Shown piece by piece: positions 11,490-21,615 of a DNA stretch of 64,000 nucleotides. Below the pieces are notes generated by a model. That model made no database searches and had not been told where the DNA came from. It worked only from the letters and a program-made list of their open reading frames with translations. The position numbers and the translations under genes were made by a program. The stretch comes from Aulosira sp. ZfuVER01 (lineage in GTDB: Bacteria > Cyanobacteriota > Cyanobacteriia > Cyanobacteriales > Nostocaceae): NCBI GenBank assembly GCA_034530615.2, contig JAVRCV020000023.1, positions 35,173 through 99,172 on the forward strand, written 5' to 3'. Each line of letters opens with the position of its first letter. Position 1 is the stretch's first letter.

Positions 11490-11810
11490 ATGAACTCCTC
11501 TTCATTGTCAAGAGTTCAGGGAGATATGGAATATACAACTAACCAGCAATCTCCCACTCAAAAAGCGTCTATCCTCCCATTGTTGAGGGTAGTTGCAGGG
11601 GATACAAACCTAGCATCAGGCTTAAGTCAAGTGTGGGTGTTATGGAAGTCCCAGCTAGGTGAGGAACTGACTAGATATGGTTTTAGAGAAAATCTTGAGA
11701 ATGAATTGCAACTATCCCCAACAAGTTTGCTGCAAGCTTTTGGCATGGTGTCTCATCTATGGACTCAGACTATGAGCGATCGCGCAATAGTTCAGTATCC
11801 ACTATACTGA
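11490..11810 (+). pseudogene. hetC: Probable 5' remnant of hetC-type ABC transporter
   Basis: MNSSSLSRVQG...ASILPLLRVVAGDTNLA...QLGEELTRY resembles the HetC N-terminus as I recall it; it sits at the hetC position upstream of hetP; no C39, TM or ABC domains follow. Confidence 0.5.
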
Positions 11811-12427
11811 TTTTATACAGATGTATAGTTGTGGAAAACAGCACTCATCTTGCAATGATAGTACTTAACAGTATTGATCTCCACTCAGATCAAATACAAT
11901 TCAATATGTAATCTCCGTCAAACAAACTCACTAATGATTAAAATATGGCAGCCTTTTTTACATCAATCTAGGGCTATCTGCTGTAGAAGCAAAGTTTTTA
12001 ATATTCGTCATTGACAGCGTAATTCTCCGAGTCAATCTACTTTTTTTATAAAAAAATGATTTTTATGATTGATTTATTAACGCGATCGTGAGTTGGCTTT
12101 CGACGGTTTATCTATCATAACATAAAACAGAATATTTCACAATTTACTATCTGTAAGTCATTACTAAATCTCATACTGTATTTCTAAGAAAGATAGTACA
12201 AATTATAAGATTTTAAACAACTGTACCTCTTGCTGTATAAGCATTATTGCTAATCAAGCTAAAATTAGCTAATACATGAATTTTAAAAATAACTTGCAAT
12301 AAAGGCGATGAATTTAATTTTATTTTAATAATATTAATACTGTAGATTTTTTGCTATTAAACAACAGATTTAATGGTAAACTTTCTTAGTAACACAAGCG
12401 TATAAAAGCATTAAACGCTGATTAAGT

Positions 12428-12444
12428 GAGGGGTAATACCCCTC
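12428..12444. promoter_or_regulatory. HetR-binding inverted repeat of the hetP promoter
   Basis: GAGGGGT-AAT-ACCCCTC; same arms as the 17-bp HetR site upstream of Anabaena PCC 7120 hetP (GAGGGGTCTAACCCCTC). Confidence 0.8.
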
Positions 12445-13487
12445 AGTATTTATGAAATAAATGGAAAACGGCAAAGTTGTACAATACACTAGTAGATATC
12501 GCAATGAAATCCAGAAATTTACCTGATAAAGCTACTATTTTGGTAGATGACATTAACGGCAAAAAATAGTATAAATAAAAATGTTGTTCTTGATCGTCAA
12601 GGATACAGAATTTTTCTTTAATAACCTAAAATTTATGTAGTTTTCTCAGCATCTCCTAATTTATTGGTTGTATAAAATACATCTATCTTATCAGGGAAAA
12701 GTAATTGAATTAGGAGTGGGAAAATTACAAGGGACGAAACTGCATCTACCAAGAGCCATCCAGAGACTTTTTTCTGCCAGTCATCTGACATAACAAAGGG
12801 TAAATTTTTACCTGACGTTAACTGCCAAGCAACCGCAGCTTCTTTCATTAGTACTTAGTACCACTTAATGACGGCGGTGGAACTTGGGAGAGTATCTGAA
12901 GAATTACGGCAAAAGTCAAGTTTCCGAACAAAGGTCAGCTCATGGAAAGAATCATCAGGTTAAATGCAGTCGAAACCTCGAGGCAAGGGAGCAGTGATAG
13001 GATGAAGTTTGACGATTTTCTTCCTCAAGACCATCTTGCTCCTGAAAAAGTATCAATTTGTGGTAGTGCTGTTGCGATGACAACAGTCACTGTACTAGAA
13101 GGCTACATAGACACACTTCTAAGAGAGTTCCCAACCAAGGCAATTGAGAAGCTATTCAGTCTAATCCAAAGGAAAACTCGCATAGCAGTTCTTGAATAGG
13201 GGGTGATGCGGAGAGTTACTGGTGTCCCCTAGTAGAGCGAGTGGTTTTAATCAGGCGACTTCATTTGTCAAGAATGGCAGAAGTTGCTTATAACTTTTGA
13301 TATTTCTGTTTGAGCTTGTTAATAGAGTTGTGTTTTCCCTCAGCATTCGCTACTAGTGCATTACCGATATCTTCTTTTAGCTAATTCAGCAAATGCAAAT
13401 AGGCTAGAGCAGTTTCCTAACTTCAACTTACATTTCAAAAACCGCAGAAACTCAATCGGTTTACTTCATCACAAGACAAATAACACT

Positions 13488-13877
13488 ATGAACCAAGATA
13501 TTCCTAGTATTAGTAGCAAATTAAAGAACTCAATGCATCCTGAACAGTTCGACCAAGTAGTTGAAGCGATTCTGGCTGGAAAGTATTCATGGGCTTGTGT
13601 TTTAATGCTGCGCTTTTCTGGCTACAATCCTTTACATTACATTCCTTACCGTACTTACAATCGATTGCTCAAAGAAAACTCTCTGATGAGTCGGTCTAAC
13701 CAGCAGCAAAATCCCAGCATGAATCTTGCCAAACAATCTACTGATAAAAGGTCTGATGCTAATATTTCTCCAAACTGCTTAAGTAAAATTAAGGACTTGG
13801 CTTATCTTGAAGTTGTGAGCAAGCAAAAAGCAGAAATGCGTAGTAAAGAGCAGTGGCTGACAAAGAAAGTTCAATAA
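13488..13877 (+). CDS. hetP: Heterocyst commitment protein HetP (possibly C-terminally truncated)
   Basis: [46 protein letters not shown] and [14 protein letters not shown]; HetR box upstream. Confidence 0.9.
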   Translation: MNQDIPSISSKLKNSMHPEQFDQVVEAILAGKYSWACVLMLRFSGYNPLHYIPYRTYNRLLKENSLMSRSNQQQNPSMNLAKQSTDKRSDANISPNCLSKIKDLAYLEVVSKQKAEMRSKEQWLTKKVQ

Positions 13878-14839
13878 TACAGAGCAACTAAATCAGAATT
13901 CAACCTAGAAATTTCTCTTGATTCTACTTTGAATTTCTGCCGATTTAATTCAATAGATCTAGATTCGCAGTTCATTTAGTAGCTGTCTGTTTGCCATGCA
14001 GATTAAGTCCCATAGCACGGCAAGTTTATTATGCTGTTTTGCTGTTAAATAGACTGCTTGTAAAATCTAGCCTAGAGATTTGCTTTGTGATTCCGAACTT
14101 AAAAACTCCTCAATTTAGCGTCCTCCTCCATTAGGAGGACTGCTCTTTGCTAATTTTCAACATTAAAGTTTAATTTGGCTGCTAGTGTGGTTCATTATTA
14201 TAACTTACAAATGATTATAATGAAACCGTATAAAGTTTTCTAGAAAAAACATAAATTGCAACAAAGTTGCTGAAAAAACTTAGTAAATACTCGGCTAATT
14301 TATCTATAGTTGAAGTTTTTTAAAATAAGTGCCAACTTTTTTGATGAAATATGCCAAATTGGCAAATATTGCTCGATAAAATTTTATAAATTATATATGC
14401 CAACTGAAACAGAGATGATTGACAAGCCAATTTCATGTATAGGAACAAAATAAATAATTAGTTCCAATCGTGAATTAGTCAACGTCTCATAGAGTAAATA
14501 ACTCCAACATTAAGACTCATACTCGAACTGTTGCTGCTGGTGGTTCTTTTTCCCAAACAGCTTGAGCTAAGAAAAGTTGGCTGGTGGCTTTCCACAGTCC
14601 AGACTTTGAATTACTCCCGCCTAGTTTAAAGATGGTGGAACTGTAGTTAGTATGGCTTTAGCCCAAAAAGTTATATTTAACACTTATTAGCAAATGTGGG
14701 ATAGAAAAAGTGACAGTTAAATCTTAGTCAATGTTGGTAGAACTTATAGCTCTTACACTTCTATAAACGACTATCGTAATCCTTGTCCTCCCAAACAGGA
14801 TTATGGCTGTTTTAGAAATTAGCAATTTATATCATCAAT

Positions 14840-14876
14840 ACTGGAAGCTATAAAACTTAAATAGCTTTCAGTTTTT
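14840..14876 (+). terminator. Rho-independent terminator-like hairpin
   Basis: ACTGGAAGCTAT/ATAGCTTTCAGT stem followed by a T run. Confidence 0.55.
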
Positions 14877-15720
14877 ATTTAGCAAAAAATTTAGATATTT
14901 GTCAGTTTTGTTAGATGGAATTTATAACGCACCATCCCAAGGTGGTATAACAGATTAAACTTTTTACAAACAACCTCTGCATTATTGAAATACACACTCA
15001 GCAATTTAATGTTGTTAAATTTATGATTTTACGTCTTAAGATAGATGTAGAAATAGCTATATTATGTATGAAGCTAAAGTATGTATATTTTAAGTTTAAA
15101 TGATATTTAAGCTAGTGCATATGCTAAGGAATTTGTACAGTGCATAGCTTCCAATATTATATTTTTAAATAAGTTATTTTTTCAATAAAAGATTTAGCAT
15201 TGATAGCTATTAATAAAACTTATTTAGTAAAATTAAAGATTTGATAAAGCAAATGTAAAGTTTTTGCAAAGATGCGGGATTTTTAACAAATAAGCTTGAC
15301 TAAATTAGGAAAATCTAATATTTAAAGAAATAGTGTGATCTTTAGTACAGTTAAAGCACTAATTTGCTAGTATCGTCATAAATCCTTTTTTAAAAAGTTT
15401 TGGATTGAGAAAGAATCTGCTTTTGCTGGGCACAATTTCATAAAATACGTACTTTAAAACTAACTTGTTAAGAAAGTCTGGTTTGGCTTGTGATTCCTTT
15501 CAATTAATTACTGCCATAACAATTTTAAAAAAGGTTTTTAACAATCTAAATCAAGGAAGCTAAATATTTAGCGTTTAATAGCATTCATCAGGGGACATAA
15601 TGGTTATGCTTTCTGGAGATTTTGTCAAGGTGTCTTTTTGCAATTTGCGAATTATCTACCTTCGCATATTACTCAAAAAGAATTTAATAGAAAAATTATG
15701 TCATTTACAAAGAGGGAAAA

Positions 15721-15946
15721 TAACTAGAGCTAATTTCCTAGTTAATTTCTTATTGCCTAACTTGATTAACGCCAGAAGTACAAATTTTCAACAAAACTAA
15801 CCGGGGATAACCTCTAGGCTGTTGGAAACCTAGAGGGAAAACGCCCGGCTTAGTTGCACATCAAAGTTAAGTGGTTAATTAGTCTTGCAGGACTAATTAA
15901 CTACGCAATTGTGAAACCTTGGTTATGAGGATTCAATCACAATTGC
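15721..15946 (+). other. Array of four hairpins, putative structured 5' leader or ncRNA
   Basis: Stems TAACTAG/CTAGTTA; CCTCTAGG/CCTAGAGG within CCGGG/CCCGG; GTTAATTAGTC/GACTAATTAAC; GCAATTGTGA/TCACAATTGC. Confidence 0.5.
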
Positions 15947-15993
15947 AGCGGACGGATTTGCCCACATTTTTAACAGTTGAATGCAACTGGACA

Positions 15994-16527
15994 ATGATTA
16001 TGTCATACTATTTTGGTCAAAACAAGACTGTTGATAGTGAAGTTGTGCAAGCAAGCAGGTTTTTGACACCTTTTCAACACAAGGTTTTACTCAAAAATTT
16101 GCAAGCAGATTTACAGCCAGAATATCGTCGTCGGATTGAAATTATGTTGCTAGCAGATAGGGGTAAATCTCAAACTCATATCTGCCAAATATTAAGTTGT
16201 TCCCAAGAGATGGCGCGATACTGGATTGCTATAGCAGAAGCAGGTCTGGCGCATAAATGGAATGAGCGACCAATTGGGAGACCAAAGACTGTTAATCATC
16301 AATATCTTGAAAGGTTAAAAGAATTGGTGAGTCGTAGTCCGGGTGATTATGGCTATGCATTTAGGAGCTGGACAGCCCAATGTTTAAGCAAACATCTTGC
16401 TCAAGAATTTGGGATTGAAATTAGCGATCGCCATATTAATCGGCTACTAAAACAAATGGGGTTATCGACCAGGCAAAAACCCTCAAAGCCACACACAACT
16501 GATGAGAATTTGCGGCTTACAATCTAA
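15994..16527 (+). CDS. IS630-like HTH / winged-HTH protein lacking a DDE domain
   Basis: RRRIEIMLL, HTH, GRPK, WTAQCLSKHL and INRLLKQMGLS; no catalytic domain. Confidence 0.75.
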   Translation: MIMSYYFGQNKTVDSEVVQASRFLTPFQHKVLLKNLQADLQPEYRRRIEIMLLADRGKSQTHICQILSCSQEMARYWIAIAEAGLAHKWNERPIGRPKTVNHQYLERLKELVSRSPGDYGYAFRSWTAQCLSKHLAQEFGIEISDRHINRLLKQMGLSTRQKPSKPHTTDENLRLTI

Positions 16528-16601
16528 CCCCATAGCCTAATTTATCTTGGTCATCCCATTTGAAACAGACCAATCGCTAATTCAGTCTTGGAGATGAAGA
16601 A

Positions 16602-19600
16602 ATGCCATCAGTATATTCACAAGCGCAGCTTGGTGAGCAGCTCGCTGTTGTCTTGGGTGAGAACCTAGAAGATGGAGAACTGCAAAGCTGCTTGGCGGCG
16701 ATGGAAATTTTGGAACCGCCGATCGCAAAACAGTTTTGGGAAGCAACAGAGGCAAAGGCAGGAATTTATTTAGTCTTGGTGGGTAAAGTTAGATTGCTGG
16801 ATAGTGGAGAGAACTTAATTACTACTCTCTCCCCAGGAGGATCGTTTGGGGAATTGACATTATTTCCCGAAGCAGGTTTGCAACCATACTCTGCCAGATC
16901 TTCTGTAAACCTCAAGCTGAGTTATCTCAAACAAGAGACATTGGAAGCTTTGATGGGCAAATATCCCATCCGCGATCGCCTTTTCGCCCGTGCAGAACTT
17001 TGGGATTTACTCATGTTGTGTCGCCAGAACGCAATCGCCAAAGGCAATACATCTGTTGAAGATATGCTCAAAGCCTTGTCTTATTTCTCGCGACAGCATC
17101 TAGAAATGGGTGCGATCCCAGCTAAACTAGCCGCAGAAACTCAGTTATGGCTAGTGCGTCAGGGAGAATTACGCCATGCTGATGGTAGCAGATTAATCCC
17201 TGGCAACATCTGTGCTCTCAAACCGGGAAGTTGGCAGGCGACAAAACCCACGATCGCTTACAGTCTTAAACATACCGATTGGCAAACAGCACTGCAACAT
17301 TGGCGACAATTGGCAGAATTGATTGATTCCCCAGCACCCCAAATTCCTGTAGAAAAACCAGCGGTATTTACTAGCACCAGCAATAACGTTATTCCCTTTC
17401 CTTCTCAAACTCAGCCAAAAAAACCGCAAAACAGATCGCGTGCTTACTTTCCTAGTCCAAAATTGCAAATGGGGCATTGGTGGGGACGGATTACCCATTA
17501 TTATCCCTTCTATGCTCAACACAGTGCCTCAGATTGTGGTGCTGCTTGCTTGGTAATGATTGGTCGCTATTGGGGTAAGCATTTTAGCGTCAATCGGCTG
17601 CGGGATATGACCAACGTCGGTCGTAGTGGCGCATCTTTAGCGGCGATCGCCACAGCAGCCGAAAGCCTGGGTTTCGCCACCCGTCCGGTAAAAGCCACCC
17701 TAGATAAATTTGCCGAACAATCTTTACCCGCGATCGCACACTGGGAAGGAAATCACTTTATCGTCGTCTATGAGATCGCGAAAAAGCAAGTAATTGTAGG
17801 CGATCCCGCCCTTGGTCAACGCAAACTTACCCTTAAGGAATTTGCCGCAGGTTGGAGTGGCTATGCATTACTTCTACAACCAACATCTCTACTCAAAGAT
17901 GCTCAGAATCAGGATGTTGGCTTGTGGAAATTTTTTGAGTTGGTTAAACCCCACTATAAAGTCCTGCTGCAAGTCTTTATCGCTTCTGTACTAATTCAGA
18001 TATTTGGATTAGTCACCCCAGTATTTACCCAGTTATTACTCGACCGAGTACTGGTGCAACGCAGCATTGCTACCCTGAACGCCGTTGGTATTGGGATGAT
18101 TGTTTTTGGGTTGTTCAGCATTGCCATGAACGGAGTCAGGACATATTTGCTCAGTCATACTGCCAATCGTATCAGCCTCTCCCTCTTGGTAGGTTTTATC
18201 AAACATACCTTCCGCTTGCCCCTTTCTTATTTTGAATCCCGTTATGTGGGAGATATCGTCTCCCGTATCGAAGAAAACCAGAAAATTCAAAGCTTCTTAA
18301 CAGGTCAAACCTTATCCATCGTGCTAGATATGCTGACGTTAGTTATCTATCTAGCACTGATGTTTTGGTATAGCTGGAAAATGGCACTATTTGTGCTGTG
18401 TACCGTACCACCATTTTTCATTCTGGCGCTGGCTAGCACAGGGATTTTACGCCGCATCTCCAGAGAGATTTTTAATGCTGGGGCTAAAGAAAACAGCTAT
18501 ATTATCGAATCTCTAACAGGAATTCGGACTGTTCGTTCATTGGCAATTGAACAGACTGTGCGTTGGCATTGGGAAGAATTGCTGAATAATTTGATCAAAA
18601 AAGCCTTTAATGCGCAGGTGATTGGGATTCGCCTCTCCATGCTAAGTGGTGCAATCAATACCTTTACCAGTACGGCATTGATGTGGTTTGGAGCATGGCA
18701 AGTCATTCAAGGGGAACTCACCGTTGGTCAATTAGTTGCTTTCAATATGTTGGTGGGTAACGTCTTAGGCCCTTTTCAAAGGTTTTCCCAACTGTGGAAT
18801 CAATTTCAAGAAATCATTATTTCCACAGAACGCATTAATGATGTCCTAGAAGCAGAACCAGAAGAAGACTTGCACAATAAACCCCGCAAGACTTTGGGTA
18901 GACTGCGCGGTCACATTCGCTTCGATCGCGTCACTTTCCGTTATCACCCCGAAAGTAAGACTAACGTCCTAGAAAATATCAATTTTGAAATTCAGCCAGA
19001 GCAAATGGTAGCGTTGGTGGGGCGCAGTGGTTCTGGAAAAACCACCCTGAGCAAGTTAATTTTGGGATTATACCCGCCAACCGATGGCAAAGTGCTAATT
19101 GATGGTTGTGACGTGACTGGTATCTCCTTGCGATCGCTCCGTTCTCAAGTCGGTGTTGTCGATCAAGACACTTTTTTGTTTGGTAGTACAATCCGCGAAA
19201 ACATTACCATAGCCCACCCAGAAGCAACTCTTGACGAAATTATTCAAGCTGCAAAATTAGCCGGAGCAGATGAATTTATCCAGCAACTACCCCTCGGTTA
19301 CGAAACCCAAATCGGTGAAGGTGGGGGAATGCTCTCTGGAGGACAACGCCAACGACTAGCCATAGCCCGTGCTTTGCTAGGAAATCCCCGTTTATTACTG
19401 TTTGACGAAGCCACCAGTCACTTAGACACAGAATCAGAACGGATAATTCAGAACAATCTGAAAACCATTCTCAAAGGGCGCACCAGTGTCATTATTGCGC
19501 ATCGTCTTTCCACAGTTCGTAACGCTGACTTAATCCTTGTTTTAGATCGTGGTGTCTTGGTGGAAAGCGGTACTCATGACGAATTAATCGCTAAACAAGG

Positions 19601-19646
19601 TCATTACTACTATCTGAATCAACAACAACTAGCTCAAGTTAGTTGA
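16602..19646 (+). CDS. C39 peptidase-containing ABC transporter (PCAT) with N-terminal cNMP-like domain
   Basis: SFGEL cNMP-like motif; QHSASDCGAAC (Cys), HWEGNHFIV (His), VGDP (Asp); TM domain; GRSGSGKT, LSGGQRQR, DEATSHLD. Confidence 0.95.
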   Translation: MPSVYSQAQLGEQLAVVLGENLEDGELQSCLAAMEILEPPIAKQFWEATEAKAGIYLVLVGKVRLLDSGENLITTLSPGGSFGELTLFPEAGLQPYSARSSVNLKLSYLKQETLEALMGKYPIRDRLFARAELWDLLMLCRQNAIAKGNTSVEDMLKALSYFSRQHLEMGAIPAKLAAETQLWLVRQGELRHADGSRLIPGNICALKPGSWQATKPTIAYSLKHTDWQTALQHWRQLAELIDSPAPQIPVEKPAVFTSTSNNVIPFPSQTQPKKPQNRSRAYFPSPKLQMGHWWGRITHYYPFYAQHSASDCGAACLVMIGRYWGKHFSVNRLRDMTNVGRSGASLAAIATAAESLGFATRPVKATLDKFAEQSLPAIAHWEGNHFIVVYEIAKKQVIVGDPALGQRKLTLKEFAAGWSGYALLLQPTSLLKDAQNQDVGLWKFFELVKPHYKVLLQVFIASVLIQIFGLVTPVFTQLLLDRVLVQRSIATLNAVGIGMIVFGLFSIAMNGVRTYLLSHTANRISLSLLVGFIKHTFRLPLSYFESRYVGDIVSRIEENQKIQSFLTGQTLSIVLDMLTLVIYLALMFWYSWKMALFVLCTVPPFFILALASTGILRRISREIFNAGAKENSYIIESLTGIRTVRSLAIEQTVRWHWEELLNNLIKKAFNAQVIGIRLSMLSGAINTFTSTALMWFGAWQVIQGELTVGQLVAFNMLVGNVLGPFQRFSQLWNQFQEIIISTERINDVLEAEPEEDLHNKPRKTLGRLRGHIRFDRVTFRYHPESKTNVLENINFEIQPEQMVALVGRSGSGKTTLSKLILGLYPPTDGKVLIDGCDVTGISLRSLRSQVGVVDQDTFLFGSTIRENITIAHPEATLDEIIQAAKLAGADEFIQQLPLGYETQIGEGGGMLSGGQRQRLAIARALLGNPRLLLFDEATSHLDTESERIIQNNLKTILKGRTSVIIAHRLSTVRNADLILVLDRGVLVESGTHDELIAKQGHYYYLNQQQLAQVS

Positions 19647-19704
19647 GGAGAAGAGGACATCCTCTACTCTCCACCTGTATCTACCATTTTTGGGATGTAG
19701 AACT

Positions 19705-21252
19705 ATGCCATATCCATACACCAATTCCTCATCCGCACTGGCTAAAGAGGAGCAGGATGAGTATATAAGCTACAGAAATAATTCTGAATTTACTGAAGTT
19801 GCCGAACCGAACGCAGATAATACTAACGATTTGCACTACAGCACAGAAGAACTATTAGATGCCTTACCTCGGGTTTGGACTCAAGGTGTATTTTATACCT
19901 TAGTAGGTTTTGCTATTCTCGCTTTACCTTGGGCAACCCTTGCCAAGGTAGACGAGACAGGAAGCGCTAGAGGACGGATAGAACCTCAAGGTGCAACCCA
20001 AAAATTGGACTCCCAAGTTGGTGGGAGTGTAAAGCTTGTCAAGGTTAAAGAAGGTGATACTGTCGCAGAGGGACAGGTTTTACTAGAACTTGAGTCTGAT
20101 GTCTTGCAGACAAACCTTCAGCAAGCTGAGGCCAAGCTTTCTGGATTGTTAAATCAAAGGGCGCAGTTGGATGTACTGAAAAACCAAGTAAAGTTAACCC
20201 TTAGCACTCAAGAACAACAAAACCAATCCCAAGCCTTGGAGAAACTCTCTCAAGTTAACCAAGCTAAACAAAACCTGGATGCGAAACAGAGTGCTTATAA
20301 CTTACAAAAGTTAGAAAAACAAGCATTAGTCAATCAGGTACAGCAACAAGTTAATTCCTCTGGGAATGACCAAAAAGCGGCTGAAAGTCGTTTGAAGATA
20401 GACTCTAGACAAGTCCAACGCTTTAGTCAACTCCTGAAAGATGGTGCTGTTTCTGCAACTCAAATTGACGAACTAATAAAACAAGAACAAGAAAGTAAAC
20501 GACTTTACGAAAAGGCGAAATCTGACATTAAACAAGGCAAATGGCGTTTAACTGAAGAACAAAGCCGCTATCAGGCGACGATGAACCAGTTACAAGCTGA
20601 TATTGAGCAAGCTAAATTGCGACTGCAAGAAGAACAAAATAGCTATCAAAGCTTACTGCAAACTGGTAAATTGGCAGTTCTAAAAAACCAGCAACAACTC
20701 AAAGATATAGAAACACAAATTGCCGGATTGCGATCGCAAGTTCTCCAAGCCAGAAGCGAAATCACATCCTTAAAGATACAGTTACAGCAGAGAATAGTGC
20801 GATCGCCTGTAGATGGTACTCTTTTTGAATTTCCGATCGGTAAGCCAGGAGCAGTATTACAACCCGGACAAAGAATTGCCCAAGTTGCACCTAGAAATGT
20901 TGGTGTTGTCCTCAAAGCTCAAATGCCAAGTCAAGATAGCGGCTTTTTAAAGGTAGGAATGCCAGTCAAAATCAAATTTGATGCTTATCCTTTCCAAGAG
21001 TATGGCATTACTCAAGGAAAAGTTACTTGGATATCTCCTGACTCCAGGGTACAGCAAACACCCCAAGGCAACATTGAAACCTATGAATTAGAAATCAGCT
21101 TAGAGAAACAATATATCCAAAACGGCGAAAAACGTATTGCCTTAACCGCAGGACAGACAGCCAACGCCGAAGTCATTATTCGTCAGCGTCGGGTAATTGA
21201 TTTTGTCTTAGATCCGTTTAGGAAACTACAAAAAGGCGGTTTAGAAATGTAG
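19705..21252 (+). CDS. HlyD family secretion membrane-fusion protein
   Basis: Single TM, VKEGDTV lipoyl half-motif, long coiled coil, KFDAYPFQEYG. Confidence 0.95.
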   Translation: MPYPYTNSSSALAKEEQDEYISYRNNSEFTEVAEPNADNTNDLHYSTEELLDALPRVWTQGVFYTLVGFAILALPWATLAKVDETGSARGRIEPQGATQKLDSQVGGSVKLVKVKEGDTVAEGQVLLELESDVLQTNLQQAEAKLSGLLNQRAQLDVLKNQVKLTLSTQEQQNQSQALEKLSQVNQAKQNLDAKQSAYNLQKLEKQALVNQVQQQVNSSGNDQKAAESRLKIDSRQVQRFSQLLKDGAVSATQIDELIKQEQESKRLYEKAKSDIKQGKWRLTEEQSRYQATMNQLQADIEQAKLRLQEEQNSYQSLLQTGKLAVLKNQQQLKDIETQIAGLRSQVLQARSEITSLKIQLQQRIVRSPVDGTLFEFPIGKPGAVLQPGQRIAQVAPRNVGVVLKAQMPSQDSGFLKVGMPVKIKFDAYPFQEYGITQGKVTWISPDSRVQQTPQGNIETYELEISLEKQYIQNGEKRIALTAGQTANAEVIIRQRRVIDFVLDPFRKLQKGGLEM

Positions 21253-21321
21253 TGGCGTGCATCAACCACTCGAATACTAAAAATTCCAGTTTTCATCTAC
21301 CAAGTACCCAGGAGCAAGATT

Positions 21322-21519
21322 ATGCATCCAATTGATCTGATGAGAAAATATGGCTGGTCTTACCACAAATTAGCCGCAGAGTTTGGAGTTTCCGAAGCTG
21401 AAGCCAGAAGATGGGGATTTAAAAAAACTGCTAGCAATTACCGCAATCCCCCATCAATGGCTTACAAACTAGCAGACAAAATAGATCGGGAGCTATCAAA
21501 TATTTTGGCATCTGCATAG
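21322..21519 (+). CDS. Small Cro/XRE-like HTH protein
   Basis: WSYHKLAAEFGVSEAEARRW HTH pattern; AGGAG RBS. Confidence 0.7.
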   Translation: MHPIDLMRKYGWSYHKLAAEFGVSEAEARRWGFKKTASNYRNPPSMAYKLADKIDRELSNILASA

Positions 21520-21615
21520 CAAACTTCTCTCACCCGCAATTTTTTCATGCTTGATGGTGTATTGGTTCATCGTCAAAGTTTTGATAAGTTTGTAGTGTTA
21601 AATCAGGGTGACACT

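Noticed and set aside
12633..13199. 71-aa and 85-aa ORFs between the HetR box and hetP
   Set aside because: No recognisable motifs; probably in the long hetP leader; cannot be supported
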